From positions 1,848-65,847 of the forward strand of contig CAYQVT010000001.1 of NCBI GenBank assembly GCA_964420885.1: a stretch of DNA of 64,000 nucleotides, given 5' to 3'. A program made the position numbers and the translations under genes. The DNA comes from an uncultured Gammaproteobacteria bacterium (GTDB taxonomy: Bacteria > Pseudomonadota > Gammaproteobacteria > Arenicellales > Arenicellaceae). A model generated the notes under the pieces. The model was not told the DNA's origin. It worked only from the letters and a program-made list of their open reading frames with translations, and ran no database searches. Shown here one piece after another: positions 50,194 through 60,407 of the stretch (the first letter of the stretch is position 1; each line of letters opens with the position of its first letter).

Positions 50194-50871
50194 GTGATTA
50201 CTACTTTAGCTGTTTTGAAGTGGCTGCATATTATTGCAATGGTGTATTGGCTTGGCGGTGAATGGGGCGTGTTTCATACATCGAGATTTGTAGTCGACCG
50301 TAAACTGAGTATGGAAGAGCGTCAGCGCCATATGAGCACGGCATATATTATCGACATACCGGCGCGAACCGGCATTATTTTGTTGATGCCGATTGGCTTG
50401 CATATGGGTTTCTATTGGGGCGTACAGCCATTCGGTGGGAATTATATTGTTGCAATGTGGGCGCTAGTTGCTGTTTGGTTGGGTATTTGTTGGTCAGCGT
50501 TTTATTATCGTGAGACCGACCGAGGTCTTTTGCTAACCAAGATCGACGAGAAAATACGGTTCATTCTAATCCCGTTGATATTTTTGGTCACGGTAACGTC
50601 TTTACTCGGTTATGGACCGTTTAATGCTGGAGTTGGGCAAAAATGGTTCACAATAAAATTGGGACTTTTCGGTGGCTTGTTGGTGATTGGTTTGTTGCTA
50701 AGATTCATCATGCGCGAATGGACTACCATGTTCAGGATATTGGCAGAAGGCGCGAATGACGAAGTCGAAAATCGCTTAGAGAAGTCCTTAAGGTTTGGCC
50801 GTCGTCTAGCTTACATTTATTGGATTGGCATCGCCACGGTCGCTTTCTTCGGTGCGACTAAGTTTATGTAA
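50194..50871 (+). CDS. Uncharacterised 6-7 TM membrane protein, paralogue of 59730-60398
   Basis: LKWLHIIAMVYWLGGEWGVF N-terminus; GAGG RBS; followed by a terminator. Confidence 0.75.
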   Translation: MITTLAVLKWLHIIAMVYWLGGEWGVFHTSRFVVDRKLSMEERQRHMSTAYIIDIPARTGIILLMPIGLHMGFYWGVQPFGGNYIVAMWALVAVWLGICWSAFYYRETDRGLLLTKIDEKIRFILIPLIFLVTVTSLLGYGPFNAGVGQKWFTIKLGLFGGLLVIGLLLRFIMREWTTMFRILAEGANDEVENRLEKSLRFGRRLAYIYWIGIATVAFFGATKFM

Positions 50872-50888
50872 GTATTATTCGAATAATC

Positions 50889-50928
50889 TAAGCAAAAAGG
50901 GCCAGCTAGGATTGGCCTTTTTTGCTTA
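50889..50928. terminator. Bidirectional Rho-independent terminator
   Basis: TAAGCAAAAAGGGCCA-loop-TGGCCTTTTTTGCTTA between convergent genes. Confidence 0.8.
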
Positions 50929-50943
50929 CCTCCTAAGGTGGGT

Positions 50944-51882
50944 TTATTGGTTCTTAAATACAGATAAAATTTCACTGGCAGAAGCGCTCCATACCTCTCC
51001 CTTAGACATAATATAATTCAACACCTGTTCGAACTTAGCAATGCGATGAGGTTGGCCTAGCATCCAAGGGTGCACATTCAGCGCTAAAATCCGGCCGCCG
51101 CTAAGTTTGCTTTCTTCAATTAGAAAATCGCAAGCATCACACACTTGATCAACATAAGACTGTTCGCTGTGAAGGTTGTCCATTAATATAAACTTATCTT
51201 CTAGTTCATTGGAAAGTGGCATGGCGACCAGCTCACCGTGCTTTGTTTTGAAATCATAGGGCATGTCGTCATTTACCCAATCACTAAAGTACTTTACACC
51301 CTGTTCGGCGAGCAAGTCTGGAGTGTTTTCACTTTCACTTCTAGCGGGGCTTAACCATCCAATTACGTCTTGGCCGCTAAGGTCGCGCAAAGTATTTAAC
51401 GATCGCTTTACTAGCTCCCGTTCGTCGTCGATGTTCTGACCGCCAAAGTGCAATGCGTCCATATGCATGCCATGGCAAGCTATCTCATCTCCGCGTTCTT
51501 TTATGGTCTCCAACAGGTAGGGATTACGTTCGGCTAAACGGGAGCTCATCGCATACGTTGGTTGTATATTCGCTTTATCGAATGCCTCTAGGAAGCGATA
51601 CACACCAACGCGATTGCCGTAGTCTCGCAGGCTGTAATGACGTAAATCGGGGTATGGCATGGTCATGCCAGCAGGGACTTTAAAGGGCTTACCCCGTTGA
51701 TTCATCGGAAAAAACTGTAAGCAAACGTTCACCCATAAAGCCAGCTTTTTGTTGTTCGGCCACTGAATCTTCTGGCGCTCTTTCAGCATCGACCAATCAT
51801 AACGATCATGGTCCATACCATAAGAACGTTCTGGGTATTCTAAAAATCTTTTGTCCAAACCGTTCTCAGAGTTTTGGCTCAT
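50944..51882 (-). CDS. CE4 / polysaccharide deacetylase family, PuuE-like cyclic amide hydrolase
   Basis: WPNNKKLAL, DYGNRVG, HG, GWLSP, DDMPY, HPWMLGQPHR motifs. Confidence 0.85.
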   Translation of the reverse strand: MSQNSENGLDKRFLEYPERSYGMDHDRYDWSMLKERQKIQWPNNKKLALWVNVCLQFFPMNQRGKPFKVPAGMTMPYPDLRHYSLRDYGNRVGVYRFLEAFDKANIQPTYAMSSRLAERNPYLLETIKERGDEIACHGMHMDALHFGGQNIDDERELVKRSLNTLRDLSGQDVIGWLSPARSESENTPDLLAEQGVKYFSDWVNDDMPYDFKTKHGELVAMPLSNELEDKFILMDNLHSEQSYVDQVCDACDFLIEESKLSGGRILALNVHPWMLGQPHRIAKFEQVLNYIMSKGEVWSASASEILSVFKNQ

Positions 51883-52799
51883 GATCTACCTCTCAGTTTA
51901 GATTGTATATTCACGATAGAAGATTCGTAGTGGTGCTCTATAAAATATTCAGCGATTTCACACCCGGTAGTAAGCCACACGTCGGAATGCCCTGTGACAT
52001 ATTCGAGGGCCTCTTCAAACGCGCGCATTCGGTGTGGGCAGCTAACTTGATAGTTATGAGTTGGAATGCACATAACGGTACCGCTTTCAGCGCCTTCTTG
52101 GTATAGGCGATCAAAATTATCTTTAATCATTTGACCGTACCGTCGAGGTTCAACTTTGTTAACGACATACGCAATCGTGTCATTCATTTCGAGCGAATAT
52201 GGTATTGAAATAAATTTCTCTCCAGAGCGAACATGTACCGGAGTTGGTTGATCATCGTGAAATAGGTCGCAAGTATAGATGCCGCCTGCTTCGGCAAACA
52301 GGTCGATGGTGTGTTCCGAATGAGATAAGGCTGGTGCAAGGTAGCCTGCGGGTTTCTTTCCAGTGTGTTTTTCAATCGTGTCTACTGAATCCTGGATCAT
52401 CTCGCGTTCTTGATCTTCTGAAAGACCGTAGGTGTATCGAGTGTTATAAACGCCATGACTAAAAAATTCCCAATCGCGTTCGGCACAGAGCTCGATTATT
52501 TCTGGGTGATGATTACAAAGCGCGGTGGATAAGGATATTGATCCACGAACGCCATATTTGTCTAAAAGGGCCATTTGCCGGTGATGGCCTACTCTATTCC
52601 CATAATCGCGAATACTGTATCCGCCAACGGATGGGTAGGCCTGAGGCCAAGGCTTGCGATGTGGGTTTTCAGGTGGGTTTAGCTCGTAGAATTCTATATT
52701 TGGAGCAACCCAAAATGCGATTTTTGCGCCATTTGGCCATTCAATTTTCGGGCGATTTTGATACGGCCAATAGTCGTAAAGTTGAGGGTCTTCTTGCAT
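51879..52799 (-). CDS. CE4 / polysaccharide deacetylase family, PuuE-like, second paralogue
   Basis: WPNGAKIAFWVAPNIE, DYGNRVG, SHG, DDQP and PYSLEMND motifs. Confidence 0.85.
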   Translation of the reverse strand: MQEDPQLYDYWPYQNRPKIEWPNGAKIAFWVAPNIEFYELNPPENPHRKPWPQAYPSVGGYSIRDYGNRVGHHRQMALLDKYGVRGSISLSTALCNHHPEIIELCAERDWEFFSHGVYNTRYTYGLSEDQEREMIQDSVDTIEKHTGKKPAGYLAPALSHSEHTIDLFAEAGGIYTCDLFHDDQPTPVHVRSGEKFISIPYSLEMNDTIAYVVNKVEPRRYGQMIKDNFDRLYQEGAESGTVMCIPTHNYQVSCPHRMRAFEEALEYVTGHSDVWLTTGCEIAEYFIEHHYESSIVNIQSKLRGRS

Positions 52800-52823
52800 T
52801 ACCTGTCCTGCAATAAAATTGTG

Positions 52824-53486
52824 TTATTGCTCGTTAAGCCAATTAAACACTTCGTTTACGTCCAATACATCAGAATATTTAATGGCTAAATCGGTTAAGT
52901 TGGCGAAGTGATAGCTTTCGTGTTTGTCGGCGACACACTCTTCTGGAACGATGGTTCGATATCCTCGTGAAAGAGAGTCTACGGCTGTTGCGCGGATGCA
53001 GCCTGAAGTCGAACCGCCTGTCACAACAACCGTATCTACTTTGTGCCAAACGCATAGCGATTGAAGTTGAGTTTCAAAGAAGGCCGATGGCATTTTCTTG
53101 CAGTAAATAACATCGTTAACGCGATCAATTTCTAGCCGGTCATCAAACTCAGATCGCTCAGAATCGAAAGCGATATTTTGCAGAGAATCAGGCGTGTCGG
53201 TGCGCGTGCCCCAAATTCCACAATCTTCTGCTGACTCCATATAGGCAACGTGTGTCCACACAACTGGCCAACCGAGTTTTCGAAACGCCTTGGCTAATTG
53301 GTTGATGTAATGCATTTGCTTAGGATCAGTCTCGTAAGCGGTTTTGAATAGGTCGGTTCGCGTATACGCTTTCTGAGGGTCTACATTTACCAGAATCGCT
53401 TTTCTTCCAAAGCCAAAGCGCGCACGCGCTGGGTTGGCTTTAAGTTCCTGATAGATCTCTCGTGCTGTTTTGTTGCTCGACTGCAT
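52824..53486 (-). CDS. Isochorismatase family amidohydrolase (NicF/CSHase-like)
   Basis: D-K-C triad: VDPQ, KKMPSAFF, STSGCIRATAVD. Confidence 0.88.
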   Translation of the reverse strand: MQSSNKTAREIYQELKANPARARFGFGRKAILVNVDPQKAYTRTDLFKTAYETDPKQMHYINQLAKAFRKLGWPVVWTHVAYMESAEDCGIWGTRTDTPDSLQNIAFDSERSEFDDRLEIDRVNDVIYCKKMPSAFFETQLQSLCVWHKVDTVVVTGGSTSGCIRATAVDSLSRGYRTIVPEECVADKHESYHFANLTDLAIKYSDVLDVNEVFNWLNEQ

Positions 53487-53567
53487 TTTTAAAATTCTCG
53501 ACTCATGGCATGTTGGGCTTAAACGATATATTTAGTAGTAAATAACGCGATAAGAAACGGTAGTTAA

Positions 53568-53594
53568 TGATATATTTGATATATTAGTATAACA
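53568..53594. promoter_or_regulatory. Cluster operator, site 6
   Basis: TGATATATTTGATATATTAGTATAACA in a divergent intergenic region. Confidence 0.62.
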
Positions 53595-53731
53595 TTAATA
53601 CAATATGCAAATATCATTGGCCCTTTTACTATGCGCCAGTCTGATAATCTTGGTCAATGGCAGGTTTGGTTTCACTAATGCTTTGATCCTTTAATTGTTA
53701 CTAAATTCGCTTATTGCGACCCCGTTTTAGC

Positions 53732-54931
53732 ATGAACAAGCCCTTGGAAGATGTACGAATACTCGATTTAACCCATATGCTCTCTGGTCCTTATGGGGCG
53801 ATGATTCTTGCTGACTTGGGAGCTGAAACGATTAAAGTTGAACCCTTGCATGGCGAGGGAACGCGAAAACTATTAGCGACGGACCCCAAAAATTCACTTG
53901 ATGGAATGGGTGCGTACTACATTACGCTTAACCGTAACAAGAAAAGTACCGCCATCGATTTAAAGACTGACGAAGGTTTAGCGGTGTTTTACGATCTCGT
54001 CAAGGAAGCTGATATCGTGATTAGTAATTTCGGTGCCGGTGTGCCTGAGCGTTTGAAAATTGACTACGACACTTTGGCCGTAATTAATCCCCGAATAATT
54101 ACCTGCGTGGTATCGGGCTTTGGTTCGGATGGCCCTAACCATAAACGTCCCGCATTTGATCAGGTTGCACAAGCGACTGGCGGAGGTATGTCGATTACCG
54201 GTGCTGATATCAACACGCCTCAACGAGCGGGTATACCCATCGGTGATTTGGCGGGTGGTATGTTTGGTGTTATGGGTATTTTATCTGCGCTTTATGAGCG
54301 GGAACGTAGCGGCAAGGGTCAGCATGTTGATATATCGATGCTCGATGCTCAAATTTCGCTGCTAAATTACATGGCAACAATGCACTTTTTGTCAGGCGAC
54401 GACCCATACCCAATTGGTAACTCCCATTTTGTGCACGTACCTTATGACACCTTTAGGTGTTCTGATGGGTTTATCGTGATTGCTGTTATTACCGACAATT
54501 TTTGGACCAACCTCAAAACCGTTGTAAATATTCCAGAATTCAACGATCGTGAACTAGACGGGCAACCAGGCCGTTGGGCTGCACGTGAAATGATAAGCGA
54601 CAAGCTAAATCAGGCCCTTAGTGAAAAGACATCCGCGCATTGGATTGCAGAATTGGAAGCAAAGCGTATTCCGTGTGCGCCGGTGAATAAGTTCAGCCAG
54701 GCGCTATCTGATGAACAGGTGCTGCACCGAAATATGGTGGTAGATATAAAACACCCTTCTGGAAAATCAACCAAAGGACCAGGAAATCCGATCAAACTCT
54801 CGCGCACTAGTGAAGAAAGTTTTAGCCCTGCGCCGCTATTGGGGCAACACACCGACGAAGTTTTCTCGTCAATTCTCGACTACAACGATGAAAAGTTAGC
54901 TGAGCTTCGCGACAAAGGAGTGATTGGCTAA
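53732..54931 (+). CDS. Family III CoA transferase (CaiB/BaiF)
   Basis: LDLTHMLSGP, LADLGAE.IKVE, NRNKKS, catalytic GD and PLLGQHT motifs. Confidence 0.93.
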   Translation: MNKPLEDVRILDLTHMLSGPYGAMILADLGAETIKVEPLHGEGTRKLLATDPKNSLDGMGAYYITLNRNKKSTAIDLKTDEGLAVFYDLVKEADIVISNFGAGVPERLKIDYDTLAVINPRIITCVVSGFGSDGPNHKRPAFDQVAQATGGGMSITGADINTPQRAGIPIGDLAGGMFGVMGILSALYERERSGKGQHVDISMLDAQISLLNYMATMHFLSGDDPYPIGNSHFVHVPYDTFRCSDGFIVIAVITDNFWTNLKTVVNIPEFNDRELDGQPGRWAAREMISDKLNQALSEKTSAHWIAELEAKRIPCAPVNKFSQALSDEQVLHRNMVVDIKHPSGKSTKGPGNPIKLSRTSEESFSPAPLLGQHTDEVFSSILDYNDEKLAELRDKGVIG

Positions 54932-55863
54932 TGGGTTTAACGAACACCATAGTGATCAACGACGTAGGCCCCCGAGACGGTTTACAGAATCAGCCCAAGA
55001 TATTGACTGTTGATGAACGTTTAAAGATGATTGATGCGCTATGCGATGCGAACGTAGGCAATATCGAAATCGGTGCATTTGTATCACCGAACGCGGTTCC
55101 AGCAATGGCCGGTACCAACGGCGTAGCTGAGCGATTGGGAGATCGTCAAGGTAACTTCTCGGCATTGATTCCCAACCTGCGTGGTTACGAACTGGCAGTA
55201 ACGTCAGGCGTAAAAACTGTGGCCATGGTGTTATACGGTAGCGATACCATGGCACAGAAAAACGTGAAGATGTCGCGCGTCGAGGTAGAAGAGGCAAGCT
55301 TCGCAATTCTAGATCGTGCTAAGCAGGATAATGTAGAGGTCGTAGCAACTATTGCGGTTGCGTTCGAATGTCCATTTGATGGGCCAACAGATACTGAGAC
55401 TGTTCGAGAGATCACTGCAAAATTGCTAAACGCTGGCGCATCACAAGTGGTAATTGCAGACACCATTGGTGCAGCTAACCCTGTACAAGTATCCCGCTTA
55501 ATGAGCCAGCTGGTGGCCGATAATGGCGCGGAAAAACTAAGTTGCCATTTTCACGATACCAGAGCACTCGGAATGGCGAACGTCTATGCTGCGGTCGAAG
55601 CTGGCATCCGCCACTTTGATGCATCAATTGCCGGTTTAGGCGGTTGTCCTTTTGCGCCTGGAGCAACCGGAAATATCGCCACTGAAGATGCGGTTATGAT
55701 GTTGCATAGTATGGGCTACGATACCGGCATAGATTTAGATAAATTAATGTTTGCTTCTGATCTGGCTGAGCAGCTTACCGGCACGGCTCCGGGTGGTCGC
55801 TCAAAGCCTTGGTTAAAACCTCATCTAACAAAGCGAAATAACAGCTTAAGGCAATGGACCTAA
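54931..55863 (+). CDS. HMG-CoA lyase family (DRE-TIM) acyl-CoA lyase
   Basis: VGPRDGLQN, DTIG, HFHDT and GLGGCPFAPGATGN motifs. Confidence 0.9.
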   Translation: MGLTNTIVINDVGPRDGLQNQPKILTVDERLKMIDALCDANVGNIEIGAFVSPNAVPAMAGTNGVAERLGDRQGNFSALIPNLRGYELAVTSGVKTVAMVLYGSDTMAQKNVKMSRVEVEEASFAILDRAKQDNVEVVATIAVAFECPFDGPTDTETVREITAKLLNAGASQVVIADTIGAANPVQVSRLMSQLVADNGAEKLSCHFHDTRALGMANVYAAVEAGIRHFDASIAGLGGCPFAPGATGNIATEDAVMMLHSMGYDTGIDLDKLMFASDLAEQLTGTAPGGRSKPWLKPHLTKRNNSLRQWT

Positions 55864-56444
55864 AAAAGAATAAAATTGGTTTGGGCGACAAGCCCGCGTT
55901 GATCCTAGTCGATATGATTAATGCATTTACCGATCCGAGCTGCGCGCTAGGAACTGATTGTCCTGAGGTCGTTATTGCAAACCAGGCACTGTTAGAGGGT
56001 TTTAGAGCTCGTTCATTGCCTATTTTTTTTACTACGGTTGCGTATCAAAATTCGCATCAGGCAAGCGTATTTAGACAACGACTGCCGGCTTTAGAAATTC
56101 TACAATTTGGTTCGTCTTGGGTTGATGTAGATCAACGATTGGCGATGAAAGATGGAGAGACTCTGGTGGTAAAACAACTGGCCAGTGGTTTTCACGGAAC
56201 TGATTTAGATCAGCACCTTAAGGTACTTAACGTCGATTCACTAGTGGTAACGGGCTTAACTACGAGTGGTTGCGTTCGAGCGACGGCGGTTGACGGCCTG
56301 CAATACAATTACAAAGTGGTGGTTGCTAGCGACGCGGTAGGTGATCGAAATCAAGCCGCTCATAAGGCAAATTTATTCGATCTCAACGCAAAGTATGCCG
56401 ACGTACTTAGAAACCAGCAAATTTTCAAATTATTAGCCGCCTGA
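55854..56444 (+). CDS. Isochorismatase family amidohydrolase (NicF-like), second paralogue
   Basis: VDM, K..ASGF.GT and TTSGCVRATAVD motifs. Confidence 0.88.
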   Translation: MDLKKNKIGLGDKPALILVDMINAFTDPSCALGTDCPEVVIANQALLEGFRARSLPIFFTTVAYQNSHQASVFRQRLPALEILQFGSSWVDVDQRLAMKDGETLVVKQLASGFHGTDLDQHLKVLNVDSLVVTGLTTSGCVRATAVDGLQYNYKVVVASDAVGDRNQAAHKANLFDLNAKYADVLRNQQIFKLLAA

Positions 56445-56490
56445 GCAATATCAATATGGTAATCACAATAACCGGCCCTAGGGGCGTATT

Positions 56491-58086
56491 ATGAGTTTAG
56501 AGATAGTCAGTAATAGTAACAAGAGTCTTATTGAACGACTCCAAGGCATCGTTGGTGAGGCCCATGTACTGACCGATGATGAATCGCGCAGACTTTACTC
56601 ACAAGATGTTTTTACTCGCGATATAGCTAGTTTAGCGGTTGTACAACCTGCTAATAAAGACGAGTTGGCTGCCGCTGTTAAGGCATCTACTGCAGCTGAC
56701 TGTGACGTGATTCCACGCGGTGGCGGCATGTCCTATACCAGTGGGTATGTTCCGCTAAATCATGATTCAGTGACCATGGATTTGAGTCGAATGAATCGCA
56801 TACTTGAAATCAATACTGATGACATGTACGTCACGGCTGAAGCTGGTTGTACATGGAAACAACTCTATGAGGCATTAGAGGGTACTGGCTACCGAACACC
56901 TTATTGGGGCACACTATCAGGTACCTACGCAACGATTGGTGGGGGCTTTTCTCAGAACTCGATTTTCTGGGGCTCTGGCCAATATGGGTCGGCAGCTGAC
57001 AGTGTTATAAGTCTAGAAGTCGTTATTGCGGATGGCTCGATTATAAAGACCGGCTCTGGCGCACAACTTAATAGTCAGCCGTTCTTTCGCCATTTTGGAC
57101 CCGATTTAACCGGTATTTTCACCTCTGATTGTGGAGCCTTGGGTTTTAAAGCGACCGCCACCATTCGATTAATAAAACAGTTTGACGGCAAGGCGTTTTG
57201 CGCTTATGACTTTAAGACGAGTGAAGATACGATTGCAGCGATGTCTGAAATTTCTCGCCAAGGTCTCGCAATGGAGTGCTTCGGCTTTGATCCGTTCTTG
57301 CAGTCGCAACGTTTAAAGCGCGAAAGTTTGAGTAAAGACGTAAAGGCATTGGCGGGCGTAATGAAAGCGTCTGGATCAATACTGGGTGCGTTAAAGGATG
57401 GTGCCAAGGTCGCACTTGCTGGGCGAAGATATATGGATGATGTGGACTTCTCGGTACAGCTAATGATCGAGAGTTACACCCAAAGTGGTGCGCAAGCCAA
57501 AGCAAGTAGAGTCTCAGAAATTGCGGCTAAATATAATGGCCGCGAAATTAGCAATAGTATTCCGAAAATCACCAGAGCGAATCCATTTGGCCCAGTGAAT
57601 GTAATGCTTGGCCCAGAGGGAGAACGCTGGGTGTGCACGCACGCGTTAGTGTCCCATTCAAACGCGGTGTCTAGTCATCAGGCGATTTTGGATGTGTTTG
57701 AAAAGTATCAAACTGAATTTGAAAAACATGGCGTTGAGACCGGCTTTTTATTTGCCATAATCTCAACCAATGCCTTCGTTTTAGAGCCGGTGTTTTTCTG
57801 GCAAGATGCGCCGACTGAAATACATGCCAGATACATAGAAACCGATCACTTTGCAACGCTACCAAAGTTTGAGGAAGACTTAGAGGGTCGCAAATTAGTC
57901 GCAAAAGTGCGACATGAACTGGCGGCAATGTTTAAAGATATAGGTGGAGTACATATGCAAATCGGCAAAGATTATCACTACTCAGATGGTATTGCGCCAG
58001 AATCACTAGCGCTAATAAAAGCCGTGAAATCATCGGTTGATCCGAATAATCGTATCAACCCTGGTGCACTGGGGTTAGGCGTATGA
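56491..58086 (+). CDS. FAD-binding oxidoreductase (VAO/PCMH, GlcD-like)
   Basis: PRGGGMSYTSGY, DLSRMNRI, ATIGG, GPDLTG and DPNNRINPG motifs. Confidence 0.88.
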   Translation: MSLEIVSNSNKSLIERLQGIVGEAHVLTDDESRRLYSQDVFTRDIASLAVVQPANKDELAAAVKASTAADCDVIPRGGGMSYTSGYVPLNHDSVTMDLSRMNRILEINTDDMYVTAEAGCTWKQLYEALEGTGYRTPYWGTLSGTYATIGGGFSQNSIFWGSGQYGSAADSVISLEVVIADGSIIKTGSGAQLNSQPFFRHFGPDLTGIFTSDCGALGFKATATIRLIKQFDGKAFCAYDFKTSEDTIAAMSEISRQGLAMECFGFDPFLQSQRLKRESLSKDVKALAGVMKASGSILGALKDGAKVALAGRRYMDDVDFSVQLMIESYTQSGAQAKASRVSEIAAKYNGREISNSIPKITRANPFGPVNVMLGPEGERWVCTHALVSHSNAVSSHQAILDVFEKYQTEFEKHGVETGFLFAIISTNAFVLEPVFFWQDAPTEIHARYIETDHFATLPKFEEDLEGRKLVAKVRHELAAMFKDIGGVHMQIGKDYHYSDGIAPESLALIKAVKSSVDPNNRINPGALGLGV

Positions 58087-58661
58087 ACCACACGGTTATG
58101 AGACTTGACCCTGCAAACATTGATGAGCTTGATGCTGATACCAAGGAAATACTTGCTAAAGGCGATGAGATCATGGGTTTTAGTTCGAATGACGCCTTGC
58201 TCATGGCTCACAAACCGGCCATGTTGAAAGCCACACTCGGCCTCGTGCAGTCTGTTTATCAAGAGGGTTGTGTACCTCTCGTTTTAAAAAAACTAGTCGC
58301 ATTAATGACGAGTAGTGCAGCGGGCTGTCAGTACTGCCAAGTGCATACGCAATATGGTGCGATTAATGAAGGTGTCGAAGCTAATAAGATTAGCGAGATT
58401 TGGAATTACTCCAGTAGTGATCTATTTAGTGATGCCGAACGTGCCGCCTTAGATGTTGCTCGAACCGCGGCTTTTAGTCCCAACGAAACCAGTGACCGAA
58501 GTTTCGATAGACTAAAAGAATTCTACTCTCCGGAACAAATCGTTGAGCTGGTCGGTGTGATTGCCTTGTTCGGTTTTCTCAATCGATGGAATTCTACGTT
58601 TAATACAACTTTAGAACAAACACCCAAAGCGGTCGTACAGGCCAGCGGATTAAAGAAATAA
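58083..58661 (+). CDS. AhpD/carboxymuconolactone decarboxylase family protein
   Basis: GCQYCQVH, ERAAL and FGFLNRWN motifs. Confidence 0.85.
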   Translation: MNHTVMRLDPANIDELDADTKEILAKGDEIMGFSSNDALLMAHKPAMLKATLGLVQSVYQEGCVPLVLKKLVALMTSSAAGCQYCQVHTQYGAINEGVEANKISEIWNYSSSDLFSDAERAALDVARTAAFSPNETSDRSFDRLKEFYSPEQIVELVGVIALFGFLNRWNSTFNTTLEQTPKAVVQASGLKK

Positions 58662-58670
58662 TGTAAAATT

Positions 58671-59672
58671 ATGACTGAGAACATTCAAATACAAGTAGCG
58701 TTTGTGCCCGACGGCGAACCTGATCTAGAGCATTTTCAATCTGTTGCTACACCGATGCCAGTCGCTGGCGATGGCCAAATTTTATGCGCCACTCAATATC
58801 TTTCACTGGACCCTTATATGCGCAGTCAATTAGCGGGTATGCATATGTCCGGCACGGTAAGTAAGGGCGACTTAATGCGTGGTGAAACCGTTAGTAAGGT
58901 GATCGAATCTAATCACGACGATTTTACTGAAGGCGATATCGTTCGCTGTTTCGGTAACTGGCAGCAATACTCGGTGCATGAAGCCAAGGAACTCAGGATT
59001 CAGCGTAAAGACATTCAGCCCCCTTCTTACGGACTGTCTGTATTGGGTATGCCAGGCTTGACCGCCTACGCTGGCCTTATGTGGATCGCCAAGCCAAAAA
59101 AAAACGACGTGGTACTTATTCCAGCTGCAACGGGGGCCGTGGGGTCAACAGCAGGTCAGCTTGCCAAGATAGAAGGCTGCCGCGTGATCGGTATCGCAGG
59201 CTCAGATGAAAAGTGTCGTTACGCTGTTGAAGAACTCGGATATGACGCATGCATTAATCGTAAAACTGAAGACCTGAGTGAACGTCTAGACAAACTTTGC
59301 CCACAAGGCGTTGACGTATACTTCGATCTTGTCGGCGGTGAAACCTTAAATACAGTGTGCACAAAATTAGCGATGCATGCCCGTGTAATTCTGTGTGGAT
59401 TAATGGAAGACTATAACAAACCAAGCCGTTCCCATGGCCCCAAGCCAGGCCCAATCATCGGTGCAAGAGCCTCACTGCATGGCTTAGTCGTATACGATTG
59501 GGAGCCTCGCCGAGAGGAGTTTACCGACGCATGCCTAAACTATATTTCTCAGGGACGGCTAAGCATGCGAGAGGATATGGGCTATGGCATCAATGCTGCT
59601 CCTGACGTATTTTGCAAACTAATGCGTGGTGAAAATCAAGGCAAGGCCATCGTCAAAATAGCCGTTGATTAG
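58671..59672 (+). CDS. NADP-dependent alkenal/ene reductase (CurA/PTGR family)
   Basis: YLSLDPYMR, LGMPGLTAY, AATGAVG and GIAGSDEK motifs. Confidence 0.9.
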   Translation: MTENIQIQVAFVPDGEPDLEHFQSVATPMPVAGDGQILCATQYLSLDPYMRSQLAGMHMSGTVSKGDLMRGETVSKVIESNHDDFTEGDIVRCFGNWQQYSVHEAKELRIQRKDIQPPSYGLSVLGMPGLTAYAGLMWIAKPKKNDVVLIPAATGAVGSTAGQLAKIEGCRVIGIAGSDEKCRYAVEELGYDACINRKTEDLSERLDKLCPQGVDVYFDLVGGETLNTVCTKLAMHARVILCGLMEDYNKPSRSHGPKPGPIIGARASLHGLVVYDWEPRREEFTDACLNYISQGRLSMREDMGYGINAAPDVFCKLMRGENQGKAIVKIAVD

Positions 59673-59729
59673 TTGGCCTTTTAAAGGAGCTTGCAAAAAC
59701 AAACACCTAGTTTTTCAAAGCTGCAGTGT

Positions 59730-60398
59730 TTAGCCAGTCCAAGGTTTGACGATGCCAAGATACGCTTCAACAATCAGCACTAGCCATATTGTTAACACCC
59801 AAGGCCTTACACGATTTAGACTCGCCTTCATGAGTTGATTGTCTTCGTCCGTATAACTATCTTGGATGATTTTTGCGTAGGTTGCGCTGAAGTCTTTTAT
59901 TTTGATTCGTATCATCAACCCGCAAAAAACCAAGAAGGCAAAGCCAACTAGTTTCGCGATAATCCAGGGTTGATCAGTCAAGCGGTCGATGGAATAAGCA
60001 TAAGCGCAGGATAGCAAGATTGAGGCAATAACAACCCACCGAAAGTAGAAATCCAATTTTGTTAATAGTGGAATGTAAGTTGCGTCGTGTTTATAGTGGA
60101 GAATTAACACCATGCTCAGCCAAAGCGGGCCAATCAAAATTATGAGTAACATTTGCCAGCTTGCGTGTTCTACTCCAACATAGTGTGACAACAAGCCACC
60201 GATGGTAAGCATTAAACTCATGCAAATGCGTGGCACCAGATCGCAGCCGAGCATGATCTTGGCTGCGACTAAACGGCTCTCCGAAGACAGCGAAGAATCG
60301 ACCACAAAGCCACTGGAATAAAACACACCCAGATCACCGCCCAACCAATAGACAAAAAGTAAAATGTGAATCAGTAAGAGAAGTTCGTAGGCACCCAT
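59730..60398 (-). CDS. Uncharacterised membrane protein, paralogue of 50194-50871
   Basis: LIHILLFVYWLGGDLGVF, D.VPR and W..AKL motifs; C-terminal G..KP. Confidence 0.75.
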   Translation of the reverse strand: MGAYELLLLIHILLFVYWLGGDLGVFYSSGFVVDSSLSSESRLVAAKIMLGCDLVPRICMSLMLTIGGLLSHYVGVEHASWQMLLIILIGPLWLSMVLILHYKHDATYIPLLTKLDFYFRWVVIASILLSCAYAYSIDRLTDQPWIIAKLVGFAFLVFCGLMIRIKIKDFSATYAKIIQDSYTDEDNQLMKASLNRVRPWVLTIWLVLIVEAYLGIVKPWTG

Positions 60399-60407
60399 GA
60401 GTTTACT

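Noticed and set aside
50944-52799. CE4 genes as alginate or chitin deacetylases
   Set aside because: No signal peptides, PuuE-like motifs, co-transcribed with an amidase, and far from the alginate locus
41587-56444. Canonical nicotinate (nic) maleamate pathway
   Set aside because: No nicAB, nicC or nicX in view, and the NicD- and NicE-like proteins lack the catalytic residues; part of the cluster may lie outside the window
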